Made by a program: the position numbers and the translations under genes
The notes under the pieces: generated by a model
Databases searched by the model: none
The model's input: only the letters and a program-made list of their open reading frames with translations
What the model was told of the DNA's origin: nothing
Shown here: in pieces, positions 10,830 to 23,163 of the stretch
Layout of the letters: every line of letters starts with the position of its first letter
Position numbering within the stretch: position 1 is the stretch's first letter
NCBI GenBank assembly: GCA_043228905.1
Contig: JBHGNT010000022.1
Coordinates: 10,478,001-10,542,000, forward strand
Direction of reading: 5' to 3'
Source of the DNA: Azolla caroliniana
Taxonomy: Eukaryota > Plantae > Polypodiophyta
Length of the DNA stretch: 64,000 bases

Positions 10830-13800
10830 ATGACTAGACCAACGAGCGGACCGGTTACGGATCGAGCATGGAGACTCACTGAGCGGCTGCGGAAGTGAGA
10901 GGCCTTCCAGCAAGCGGTGGAAGAAATTCGTTCGGATCAATCATTTTCCAAAGTGACCCGGCAAGTGGCCGAGGAGTCACTCCGTTTGCAACAAGATTTC
11001 CACCCCGACGAAGGAAGCAACTTGAGTAGTCTTCGGGAAATGGAATCCCTGCTGTAGGCATTAGTTGCAAGAGACGGCGATTCAGAACCATTTTCGGCCT
11101 TTGAATCGGACTCGGACGGCGAATATAGCGCTCATTCTAATTACCGCAGCAGTCACGACACCCCAGACGGACCGGCGGACGAGGAATCAAATACCTCACC
11201 GACACGAGAACCAAAATTGACAGAGCTGGAAGCCACAGATCGGCCAAGGACTAAGCACACCCCAACACCCGAAGCAGAAGCGGAAAGACCTCCCACAGAG
11301 GAAGAAAGACCTCCAACAGAGGAGGAGGAGAGACCTCCAATACCACCAGCCCGCGTCCCAACACCGAACGACGACATGCTGTTTCAATATTCCAAGTACC
11401 GGGATGACCCGAATGCTGAGGCCCACGTCTATGCATCTCTACAGACCTAGGAAGCGAATCATGTGTCACAACGCTTGACCGCGGCCGAAGCAGAACGCTT
11501 AAAGATGGCAGAGTTCGACATGATCCTGGAGGGGCCCGCTGCTAGATGGCGCCTGACGCAAGAACCTAGTACCATCACTACGTTTGAGGCCTTGAAAACT
11601 AAATTCTTACACTTTTTGCACAAAGAGGTGGATCAATGGGAAATGGTCGGCCTATTTTATACCATCAGGCAGGAGCCCACGAAGAACATTCAACAATTTG
11701 TAATCCAATTCCAGAGAATGCACAGCCAGCTCAATCGGGCACCACTAGAGGAAGAGACTAAGGCGATATTCCTAGCCGCACTCCAAGAACCCCTACGAAC
11801 GGTGTGCACAGTCATTGATTTCCGCACAAGTTCCTTCGACTAGGTCATAGACCGAGTCAAGGAAATGGAAAACTCCAGCTCGTGGCTGACGATGGGAGAC
11901 TCCAACGAACGTTACCAACTGATGAAGACGTCCGCTTTCCACAAGCAATTCAATGTACGACTTGCCTAAATGCCGGACATTCGGCGCTGGAGTGCACCAT
12001 GCGTTCTCAATGCCTGCTTTGCCATTCCAAAAACCACACAATGGATTGGTATGAGTATAACTTGCTGAATCGGCAAGCACCACCAGTTCGGCAAATTGAA
12101 CCAAGGCGCAACCACGGCGGCAAGAGGAGCGTTACCGGCCGGCACAAGATGTCCGGTACGGTGATCTAAGAAACGCTTATGACCGCGACCGGTATGATAG
12201 ATATGATAGATATCGGAACTATAATGGGGAACGGAATGAGCGATACAACCGAGACCACTCCCCCGGTTACAACCCCCAAAGGGAGGACTATGGCAAGTAC
12301 GACGAATGGCTCTAACAGGATTTCTGGAACAAAAAGCATTTCAACAAAAAACGGCATTTCAGTAAAAAAGAGGGTCACCAACGGGAGCCGGAACAGGGTA
12401 CATCAAGCAACCAACTGGACCAAGGCCAAGAACTTACCACAGGACCTCAATTGGGTGCCGGGGCGAAAGCAGGATCCAGCAACACCCGGAAGGCATACTG
12501 CCATTATTTCCGACAAGAGGGACACTACAATAACCAATGTCCGGCGAAAAGCTACGATAAGCGACCAGCAGTAAACATGGTAGTAGTGGAGGTCGCGGAC
12601 ATACAACAAGTGACCATGACGGCAAAAGGAAAAGCAACGGAGTGGGAAACCCAAGAAGCCATCCGGAAGCAGGCCACCGAATGGGTAAAGAAGGCAAACG
12701 AGCAGAATGTGGCAGAGCTGGAGCAACAAAAGGAGAGTCTAAAGGAGCCCACTGGCAATAGCTAGGCGGAAAACCCAACATGGCAGGCATTGCAAGAATG
12801 CCAAATCACGCTGCCATTAGGTCGGCTATTGCAGTTAGTACCTCGGTTCACAGAAGGACTGAAGACGGGAATGACTGCGGTCGGCACGCCACCGGCTCCG
12901 GCATTCTTTTCTAATCCGGAGGAAGGACCGACGGTAGTGGACATGAGCAGTCCGGCTATCACAACCATCATCAAGGGGCGAGAGCTACCCGGAACGATTA
13001 TAGACGGAGGATCCGGCGTGAATGTGATTAGCCTCTGAACTTGTAATACCCTGGGAATCCAGGACTGGGAGCCATGCCCGTTTTGGCTCCGGATGGCGGA
13101 CACAAGTTCAGTAAGACCTACCGGATTGATACGAGATTTGGAAGTGACTATCGGAGGTCACGCATTCCGCATTTCGGTAGTAGTCCTCCAACTCAATGCA
13201 CAAGGGGCATACCCACTGTTGCTGGGCCGACCATGGTTGAAAACAGCGCACATCAAGCAAAACTGGCGGAAAAACATAATCACTTTCTGGCGCGGCAAAG
13301 AGAAAGTACGAGTACCTACACAACCACATTTGAGTACCGGCAAAGAGCTGACACCGCTATATGCGGAATGTGTGAACATGCTTGAAGGATTGGCTGATGA
13401 AGAGTCGATTAGTACTTACAGGAGAATCCAAAAAGTGTACCCTTATTTGAAGTTGATGTCGCCGAAGCAGTGGCACCATATATAATACAACCGGAAGATG
13501 TTGATGAAGAACTAGATAAAGAAGCCATCAAAGAGTTACGGCACGTGCAGGAAGCTTTGGAGAAGGAATTGGTTGTATCCTAACGCGTAAAAGCCTCTCA
13601 ACTGGAAGAAGTACACCCAGGCACCGGAGAAGACGCAAGACCGGTTCACATCGCCAAAGAAATGACTCCCGAAAGGAAGACGGAAAGGATCACCTTATTA
13701 AAGGAGTTCTGGGACGTGTTCGCATGGTCTTACGAGGACATACGGGGGCTAGATCCTCAATTGTATCCACACCAGATACATCTGCGTAAGGATGCCAAGC

Positions 13801-14040
13801 CGGTGGCGCAATGACGTTACCAGATGAACCCTAACTATGCAGCAAAAGTAAAGGACGAAATCGACAAATTGTTACGAGAAGGGTTCATCCGACGAGTCAA
13901 AAAGGTGACATGGCTGAGCCCGATAGTCGTCGTACCGAAAAAGAACGGAAAAATCCGGGTATGTGTCGACTACCGGAAATTGAATGTGGCAATTGTAACC
14001 AACGCCTTCCCACTCCCTTTTACGAATGGAGTCCTGGATG
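10830..14040 (+). pseudogene. E3 gag (three CCHC knuckles), protease and start of RT, degenerate
   Basis: Motifs CTTCLNAGHSALEC, IIDGGSGVNVI, LLLGRPWL and WLSPIVVVPKKNGKIRVCVDYRKLN. Confidence 0.9.
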
Positions 14041-14540
14041 TGTTAATCGGCTAATTACTAACTACTACCGATACAGAAGAGTGAACGTCGCTACTCAACG
14101 TTCTAACAAGGAATTGTGTTTTACGAACAGAAATATACTATATTAATCGGTAATTACCGTGATCGTTACTTAGTTATAAATTAGGAAGATTGCACTTAAC
14201 AAAATAGACAATAGAAAGAACACAGAATCCGTACATGATATTCCTAACTTAAACTTATATTACTAAATAAACGACCTTTCTTACAATGCCTTCGGTTCCC
14301 TTTTATAGGTATACCGAAGGTCTTTTCTCATCAAGAACTATTCCTACTTACTATCAAGAATTACAAAATTATCTAACTAACTTAGTTCTCTTCGTTCACT
14401 GCTGAGTCATCGATCTGAACAGTCGATCCGAACCGACTCTGTTTTCGACGCTTTCCCACTTGTTCGGTAAAACTGACTGTCCGGGTCCGGGTAACACTTG
14501 GCACGTCCGTGGGCCAGGACCTTGTCCAGTGAACCCAAGT

Positions 14541-16975
14541 CTATTCCTGTAGTTCTTCATCCGAATCGTTCAGAATATCAAAAATCGAAGGCTCTTCTGG
14601 CCTTGGATGTATTCCATCTATATCTTCCTCTTCATCTTCATCTTCATCTGTGTCACAGTCGTCATTCGGAGCAGGTTTTGCATGTTGTGATTCGGTTGGC
14701 TGCTCTGGTTCACTTCTTCCGGGAGCTTGAAGACCAGGAGTCTTGCTGGTTCTTTCGGCTTCGATTTTATCCAACTGGACAGAAGTGCCTATATCATTTT
14801 TGTCGAATTCTTGCATAATACGTTGAATTTCTTCTCTGTAAAATGCCGCAATTTCGTCCATATCTTTCATGATATCCTCTTGGATATTGTCAATATCCTT
14901 TTGTGCCATTTTAAAAAAACCTGCACCTTGGACCTGACGGTTATTTTTGTCGGCACGCAATAACTGTAATTCCGCCGCTTGTGCCGTCCATAACTTCCAT
15001 CCTTGCGCAAGGGATTCGTCGATCATTTTCTTTGCTAGGTTTCGATGTTTCCCTATGATGTGCTGCACTTTGTCCTTAGTGATGCTTGCGTCGAATTGAG
15101 CGGCTTGCAACTCTTTCCGTAAATCCGTAATGGTGGCTTGGTTTTCACTTTCAGCCTGCATTAGTTTGGATTCGACTACATATATGTCCAGCCGCCTTTG
15201 TTCCGATATCTTCCGGATTTCGTTCAGTTGTTGTTCGAATGCCGATTTCTCTTTGCTCCATTCCTCCTGCTGTTCCGTAATTCTTCTGTTGACTTCTTCA
15301 AGACTCCGCTCTTTTTCTGTCAATTGACTTTCCTGTGACACTATATACCTTTCGAATTCCTCAATTTGTTCGGTATATGTATGATTGGCCGTCTTAGCTT
15401 CTTCCAGATTTTTCTGTAATTCGTTTATTAATTGATTTTTTTCTTTGAGAACTTTGTATTGGCCATTTTGAATGGTTTCTATTTGTTTTTCTAATTCTGT
15501 AGTTCGAAATACAGCATTGTTGGCCCTTGTTGTTTCTGCTGCCATTCTGACTCCGACGCCATAGGTCGTGCCTGTGTTTCCCATTTGTTTAGGCTTTCTT
15601 TTAGTTCTTTATTTTCTGTCTGTATGTTACAAAACTGACGTTTCAGCACCTCCGCCGATGCTGATACACTTTTGTATCTTTCAGCCATATCACTGGCTGC
15701 TTTGCGTGTCTTTTCATATTCTCTATGAGTTTCGACCAGTGCTTCATGTAATGGTGGCATTTCAATAGCCTCCCCTCTATTCTGTGCATTTCTTTTCCGG
15801 CCGATTTTCTCTATCTCTGCTTTTTCTTGAGGTTCCAACACTCCTCGTAAGGACTTCTGTATCATTATTCGGTCATGATGTTCTTTAGCCAGCCGTTCTG
15901 ATACTTCTGTCAATCTTCTAGCCAACCATTCAACCAGTTCGTATGAAGTTCCGAACTGTAAAATAGCAGCTAATTCATGTGCTGCTGGTGGAATATCCAA
16001 GCACCCATGTGCTTCCCGAATTGCTACTTTTGAAGATTGTCCTTGTTGAAGTTGTGTCGAAACGCTCTCATTCCCTGGTTTTATTACTTCTGTTACTACA
16101 GGCGTATTCGAATTTTCCTTTGTGCGTTGCCTTTTCGGTGCTGACTCATCATTGTTTTCTGGTTGGAATTGCCGATTAGCCTTTTGTTTAACCCTTGTCC
16201 TTTGTCGCATCTTCTCTGCTTGTTGTCGATTTTCTGTCGGCTGCTGCTTGTTTATCAAATGGTCAACTGTTTCTTGTTCAGCTGCTGGTTGCCTGTTTTC
16301 GGAATTCTCTGGTCTTGGTGGTTCCGACTGAGGCATTTCCGTTTGTATATTATCGGCATGTGCCGATTCTTCCTCTATCCATTCTTCATGTGCTACCTGT
16401 CGGTGTCTTCGAGGTGCTTGTACTATCGGTGGTCTTCTTGACTGAACAGGAGTTTCCGATTCTTGAATCGGAAACAATACCGATAGCCAACGACCAAAAA
16501 TTTGCTTCATTGGTTTTCCTGTTTTTACCCCTTGTAGCTGCTCTCTCAGAGCTTCCCCCGACAATAGTGGCCAGTTGAAATCCTCTTTTTCGTATGCGGC
16601 TATGATAAACCTAGCCCTTTTTTTCGGCATACAATAAAAACGGGGACTGACAAATCCCACCTCTAGTAAAAATCTAGCCACTTCATGGAAAAACTCATCC
16701 TGACCTCCATAAGTCTGATATGCTTTTGCCGAGGGTGAGTATTCTCCGAAATACGATTGGAGTGCTTCTGATGAAGGTTTTTTAATTGCATCAAAGCCTC
16801 CTCTTGGCATCTGTAATGCATTTCGTATTTTCTTTGTGGTGACCTTGGTGATGTCTAATTGTTGTACCAATTCTTCCGCCTGCGGATGAGGTTCCGCTTT
16901 TGCTACTTTGATGAAACCTTGTAAGTTTCTCTCATGAAGCCACAGTCGCAGTTCTTCAGACACAAGAATCGGCAT
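14541..16975 (-). CDS. E4 extra 3' ORF (PMD-like N-terminal domain, disordered linker, long coiled coil, acidic tail), split by one frameshift near 15590
   Basis: ORFs 15491..17254 (probable start MPILVSEE at 16975) and 14541..15584 are homologous to the extra ORFs of E3 and E6 (YFGEYS..KAY.T.GG.D..F.E.AR.L; W...AAELQLL.AD). Confidence 0.75.
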
Positions 16976-17348
16976 GACTTCTGTGTTTGCTTGTTCTGAA
17001 TCACTTGTCGATGACGGTTGGAGATCTGCACAGCTTCTGTAGCGATGAAAATCAGAAAAACAGAGTTTGGGCGAGCTAGGGCACGAAGGCTCAGAATGTT
17101 TCGAGATCTGCACTCGTTTCTGTTGCTTTGGCGACACAGAAGATACAGAAATATGCTTTAAAGATATTAACTTATGCATTATGACTAAAGAATAGTAATT
17201 GCTATTAATGTAGGAATTAATTAGTATTAACTCTACGTGTAGTGGTTGTACCACTTACTAATAATCATGCAATTCCTATTTATAGTCGATTCAGAATGTT
17301 ATGGCAAGATTCTATTTCTGCATTGACAAGAACTATTGAGTTAGTTAG

Positions 17349-17349
<1 letters not shown>

Positions 17350-17384
<35 letters not shown>

Positions 17385-17394
17385 TATTTATTTA
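17350..17394. repeat. (TTA)n microsatellite between E4 pol and its extra ORF
   Basis: Direct reading of the sequence. Confidence 0.9.
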
Positions 17395-19587
17395 TTCTTC
17401 CATTTGAATAAACGGGTTTACCGGCATATCTCCCAAATACGGTTTAAGCCGGAATCCATTTACCCATTTCGGTAAAACCTCTCCGGTTAATGATCCCAGC
17501 TGATACGTACCATTTTTACTATTAATTATCCATACTGGACCTGTCCATCTATACCGGAGTTTCCCAGGCATAAGTCCCATTTTCGTCTGGAATACCAATA
17601 CCAGTTTCCCAATTTCGAATTGCTCTTCCGATTTCCTTCGATGTCGATTTACGAATGCCTTGATTTGTCTCTGCTTGTGTTCTAGTGCTGACATTGATTG
17701 AATCCGTTCTTCTTCTAATACTAATAAAGCCTCTTTGCGTATCTGCTCCGATTCTATTTCATTTAACTTATTCGTCGCTTGGATACGAAGTGTCGGAATT
17801 TGAAATTCGATCGGCATAACAGCTTCAAGTCCGAATGCCATTCGGAAAGGTGTTGATTTAATGGATGTTTTGTACGAAGTACGATATGCCCATAATGCAC
17901 TATTTAACTTTTGATCCCAATCAGTACGATTTTCATTCACTATCTTCTTTAAAATTGTTTGAATTGTTTTATTTGTCGATTCTGCCAATCCATTAGCTTG
18001 GGGGTAGTAAGGCGTACTTTTCTTATGAACTACGGCATAATAATTGGTTAATTCGTGAATTAACTTGTTAATAAAATGAGTGCCTTGATCGCTTACCAAT
18101 TCTATTGGGCAACCGAATCGACACCATATATTTTCATAAAGGAATTTTGTTGTGGATGCTGCTGTATTGTCTCTGAGAGCTTTTGCTTCAACCCATTTTG
18201 TGCAATAGTCAGTCGCAATTATGATATATCGATTACCGGTTCTTGCAGCTGCTGGTTTGAATGGGCCAACAAAATCTAAGCCCCATTTCTGAAATGGCTC
18301 AAGAGGTAAAACCGGTTGAAAAGGCATTCGATCCTTTTCGGTCGGTTGCCCCATTCTTTGACACAAATCGCATTTCTTACAGTATTCGTTAGCATCTTTC
18401 ATCACCGTTGGCCACCATAACCCGCTATTCCATATTTTTCTGGCTGTTGCTTCTCCTGCGTAATGACCGCCAGCAATTCCACAATGTGACTCTGTTAATA
18501 TGGCTAATTTTTCAAATTTCCGTACTGCCCTTCGCCATATTCCATCCGCTCCTTTATGATACAACATGTCATTAAATAAACAAAAATTTCGACTTCGTAC
18601 TGCAATTCTTTTTCTTTCATCTGTCGACATGTGTTCGGCCGGAATTCCTGTTGATAGAAATATCGTCATTTCGGAAATCCATTCATCCTCTTTTTCCTCA
18701 TTCATTTCTTGTGCTTTTACTGCCTCAACCCGAAATAATTGAATATTTGGAAAATCATCTTTAACACCAACCGCTTCTTCTCCAGATTCAAGTCGACTGA
18801 GATAGTCAGCAATCGCGTGCTGTGCTCTTGGTCGATGTATAATGTCGAATTCAAACTCTTGAAGCAATAACGTCCACCTGGCTAACTTGCCTATCAATTC
18901 TTGTTTGGAAACTAGATACAGTAGAGTCGAATGATCCACATGAAATGTAAATTTCTTACCCAAAAGGTAATGTCGAAATTTGTTCACACTATATATCATT
19001 CCCAAAGCTTCTCTTTCGGTTGTTGAATAGTTCCTTTCGGCCGACAAAAGTTTCCTACTAGCATAGTATACCGGCCAATACCAGTTTGGTTCGGATAATT
19101 GCATTAAAGCACTGCCTATGGCAATGTCCGACGCATCGACGAAAACATGAAATGGTTTGTTCCAGTCCGGTGGTTGGACTACCGGAACCTTTGTCAGCAT
19201 CTTCTTGAGACATTCGTATGCATCTTGTTCTATACTTGTCCATATAAAAGGAACTCTGTGTACTGCTGTGTGTAACGGAATAGCAATGTCTGCTAGATAT
19301 CTAATCATTCTACTGTGCCACCGAATTTGACCCAAAAATCTACTTAGAGCTTTAGCATTTGTCGGTGGTGTTGCCTCAATAATTGCTTTAACTTTGTCTG
19401 GGTCCACTGCAATCCCTTCTTGACTGACAATATGCCCAAGTAACGTACCACTCATTACTCCGAATGCGCATTTGGCTGGATTTAAGCTAAGATGCCCTTT
19501 TCGACATTTTTCTAAACATAGCCGTAAATGCTCAAAATGATCAGCTTTCCGACTATATACCGCAAAATCATCTAAAAACACCTGCAT
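17392..19587 (-). CDS. E4 pol: RT C-terminal part, RNase H and integrase
   Basis: Motifs QVFLDDFAVY, HVFVDASDIAIG, HYAGEATARK..C..C, WGLDFVGP, VSDQGTHF and QANGLAESTN. Open over 731 aa. Confidence 0.92.
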   Translation of the reverse strand: MQVFLDDFAVYSRKADHFEHLRLCLEKCRKGHLSLNPAKCAFGVMSGTLLGHIVSQEGIAVDPDKVKAIIEATPPTNAKALSRFLGQIRWHSRMIRYLADIAIPLHTAVHRVPFIWTSIEQDAYECLKKMLTKVPVVQPPDWNKPFHVFVDASDIAIGSALMQLSEPNWYWPVYYASRKLLSAERNYSTTEREALGMIYSVNKFRHYLLGKKFTFHVDHSTLLYLVSKQELIGKLARWTLLLQEFEFDIIHRPRAQHAIADYLSRLESGEEAVGVKDDFPNIQLFRVEAVKAQEMNEEKEDEWISEMTIFLSTGIPAEHMSTDERKRIAVRSRNFCLFNDMLYHKGADGIWRRAVRKFEKLAILTESHCGIAGGHYAGEATARKIWNSGLWWPTVMKDANEYCKKCDLCQRMGQPTEKDRMPFQPVLPLEPFQKWGLDFVGPFKPAAARTGNRYIIIATDYCTKWVEAKALRDNTAASTTKFLYENIWCRFGCPIELVSDQGTHFINKLIHELTNYYAVVHKKSTPYYPQANGLAESTNKTIQTILKKIVNENRTDWDQKLNSALWAYRTSYKTSIKSTPFRMAFGLEAVMPIEFQIPTLRIQATNKLNEIESEQIRKEALLVLEEERIQSMSALEHKQRQIKAFVNRHRRKSEEQFEIGKLVLVFQTKMGLMPGKLRYRWTGPVWIINSKNGTYQLGSLTGEVLPKWVNGFRLKPYLGDMPVNPFIQMEE

Positions 19588-22500
19588 TCAATTTTCTGTA
19601 ATCCACACATACGCGAATTTTCCCATTCTTTTTCGGAACTACTACTATCGGACTCAGCCATGTTGATTTTTTGACGGGTCGAATAAATCCTACTTTTAAG
19701 AGTTTATCGAATTCTTCTTTTACTTTGATAGCATAATTCGGATTCAACCTGTACCTGCGTTGTTGTACTGGCTTTGCATCTTTATGCAAATTGATTTGAT
19801 GTTGACAAAAAGCAGGATCCAGACCTTTCATATCGTCAAACGACCATGCAAAAACATCTTTATATTGTAATAGTAATGTTGTTAATGTCCGTTTGTCATT
19901 TTCCGCCAAATCTCTAGCAATCAAGACTGTTTTTCTTTCACCATCCTCTACTCCTGCCAAATCGATCTCCTCTAATGCTGAGGCTTGCACTCTCTGAGAT
20001 ACCTTCATTTCCTTATCTATAGCTTCTTGTTGCATTCGTATTTCTTTCATTGTTTGCTCATTTATTGGCACTTCTTCGTGTGAGTCTACATATGGTGTTA
20101 ATGCTTGCAAAATATCTACCTCAAATAGAGGGATGATTTTCTGATTATCATTAAAATACTGACTTTCTTCTTCCTCGTCCAATCCTTCCATCATATTAAC
20201 TGCTTCTGCATGTACAGGTAAACTCTGTTTGCTTGTTGTCACTTTGTTGTGCGTCGGAATCCTGACCTTAGTTTTTCCTTTCCTAAATGTTAGCACATTT
20301 TGTTTCCAATTTTGTTTGATATTAGCTGTCTTTAACCATGGTCTCCCCAATAACAAGGGGTATGCTCCCTGTGCTTCTAACTTCAAAATTACTGCCGAAA
20401 TCTGAAAACTGTGTCCCCCGATTATTACATCCAGTTGTCGAAGCAAACCAATCGGTCGTACCGTACTTGTATCTGCCAGTCGTAACCAAAACGGACATGC
20501 TTCCCATTCCGTGATTCCTAGTTTTTCACATGTAGCTTTGTTAATCACATTAACTCCCGAGCCTCCATCTATAATCACATTTCCGATTTCTTGCCCGTAA
20601 AGTATTACCTTAATCGACGGATTCTGTTCATCCATGATCGAAGGGTTATTACTTGGCTGATTGTAATGTACTGCTATTTGTTCGGAACCTTTATATGCAA
20701 TTAATGCTGCCACTTTTTCTGTAAACCTTGGTACTAACTTAAGTAAGCCCGTAAGTGGCAATGACACTTGGCAATCAGCGAACAGTTTCCAAGTTTCTTC
20801 CTGTTCCTTATTCCCCAATGACTGTTGTACAGTGATGTTCTGGTCAATGTTATTGTCTTGTAACATTCGATTCACATTACTTTGATTTGCTTCGTCAACC
20901 CATTCTTTTGCCGCCTTCCGAACTGCTTCCTGAATTTCCCATTCTGATTGTTTGCTTTTGCTGCGTGTCGTTACTTGCTGAACTTCCGGTATTACCATAT
21001 TAACTGCTGGACCCTTTCCTTTAGCCGGACATTGATTAGCATAATGGCCTAGTTGTCGACAAATATAACAAGTGGGTACAAATGTTCCACCGGTCTCTCC
21101 ATGTGCAAATTGGCCGTTATTAAATTGCTGCTCTTCATTACCACTCGGGTTTTGTTGGAATTGACGTGTAGCTTTTGGTTTGTAAAATTTCTTATTTTTA
21201 TACCGATTCTGCCTAAATTGTTCGGTATTATCATTTGGTTGTGCTACATTTTGTGTTATCTCGAACTCCTGATTTGGCGGAAAATTATTCTGTTGAAACA
21301 TTTGATTATTTTGTGGAAAGGTTTGAGTATTATGTTGAAAGGTCATATTACCCGGTTGAAATGCCGGATTTGGTTGAAATGCAGAATTCGGTTGCACATT
21401 CGGACAGTTCTGTTGAAACCCTTGAAATGGTGGGTTACCTTGTTGGAAACTTTGATTATTTTGTTGAAAATATTGATTCGGATTCTGTACGAATGGTGGG
21501 TTGGATTGAGCAAAACCTGGTTGAAATGCTTGAGTCACTTGAGTGGGTTGCATATTTTGTTGTGAAAAGATCTGATTTGGCTGTAGAACCGGATTTTGTT
21601 GAAAAGTTGGATTTTGTTGTACATTTTGCTGATTTTGTGAAAAATTATTATTTTGATAACCATTGAACAGATTAGTGTTATTTTGGTAACCATTGTTAGT
21701 AAAAATTTGTCGTACTGACGCCGTAGTTTTATTAAGCAGATTATATTCACATTGTTCTACTGAATGTAATTTTGAATGACATATTGTACAATGTGTTCTT
21801 AACGTACATTCAATTGCCGAATGCCCCGTATTAAACAAGTGGTGCATTGAACTGCTTGACGAAATTGTAACTCCTCCATTGTTGGTAATGTACGTTGTAA
21901 TGCCGACATGTCCATACTCTGAACATTGACCGGCGGTCGACCCATTTCTATTGCTTTATCAATTACTTGTTCGATAGTCTGATTTCGAAAATCGAACACT
22001 TTCAATGTCGTCCTTAATGGTTTTTTTACAGCTTCTAGAAAGACTTCTTTTAATTCATTATCCGGAATCGGCCTTGAAATCTGAAGCTGTAAGTTTTGAA
22101 ATCGTATCACAAACTGAGATACTGTTTCATTTTTTTCTTGATATAACGCATAAAATTGCGCAATCAAATCCTTCTGCGGAATTTGTCGATGAAATAATTG
22201 TAAAAATTTACTAGTTAACACTTCAAAGGATGGAAATCCTTGAAGACCGTTCTGCGCAAACCAATTGGCGGAATATCCGTCTAATGATAAGACGAACTCA
22301 GCGATTTTTGACTTATCTTCGGCATCTGCCGACAATCGCTGAGCTCCATGGTTAATCTCCCATGTCGTTAAGAAATCCCTAACCTGTGCTTCCGCATCTG
22401 TTCCTTCCCGGAACTTAGAATAAGTATAAGGCATATCGTCCCAAATGTCGTAAAACGATACCTCTTCCGTCTGTTTTTCGTCTGAAGGTAATTGATCGGA

Positions 22501-22635
22501 TAAGTCAGGAAGTTTCGACCACTTTGTGCTTGATTCCGGCTGTTCTTGCGCAATGAACGCTTCCTGCACTGCCTTCGTAACTGACCTTGTACGAGGGCGC
22601 TTACAACCGACCGGTGTCTCCTCTTCAGACGACAT
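19568..22635 (-). pseudogene. E4 gag-protease-RT N-terminus (one frameshift near 21830; RT internally deleted)
   Basis: ORFs 21799..22635 and 19568..21847 carry three CCHC knuckles, an N/Q-rich region, IIDGGSGVN and CVDYRKLNA. Confidence 0.9.
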
Positions 22636-23163
22636 CCATTCGATTTGTTCTCTGCTTAATTGCAGATGTAACCGGGCGTGCCAAATTTCTTCTGTGTTAA
22701 TCGGCTAATTACTAACTACTACCGATACAGAAGAGTGAACGTCGCTACTCAACGTTCTAACAAGGAATTGTGTTTTACGAACAGAAATATACTATATTAA
22801 TCGGTAATTACCGTGATCGTTACTTAGTTATAAATTAGGAAGATTGCACTTAACAAAATAGACAATAGAAAGAACACAGAATCCGTACATGATATTCCTA
22901 ACTTAAACTTATATTACTAAATAAACGACCTTTCTTACAATGCCTTCGGTTCCCTTTTATAGGTATACCGAAGGTCTTTTCTCATCAAGAACTATTCCTA
23001 CTTACTATCAAGAATTACAAAATTATCTAACTAACTTAGTTCTCTTCGTTCACTGCTGAGTCATCGATCCGAACAGTCGATCCGAACAGTCGATCCAAAC
23101 CGACTCCGTTTTCGACGCTTTCCCACTTGTTCGGTAAAACTGACTGTCCGGGTCCGGGTAACA

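Larger units (their letters stand above)
14041..23163 (-). mobile_element. E4: young, AT-rich Phygy-like gypsy element with extra 3' ORF, nested in E3 RT
   Basis: Near-identical LTRs at 14041-14496 and 22695-23163 (the latter has a 13-bp duplication). Perfect TSD GGATG. PBS TGGCACGCCCGGT on minus at 22671-22683. Confidence 0.95.

Noticed and set aside
14541-17254. Retroviral env gene
   Set aside because: No signal peptide, TM helix or Cys pattern lies downstream of the likely start. The protein is hydrophilic and coiled-coil.
21799-21847. Possible programmed frameshift between the two E4 gag ORFs
   Set aside because: The break falls inside a zinc knuckle that is continuous in E6 and E3. A single-base deletion explains it.
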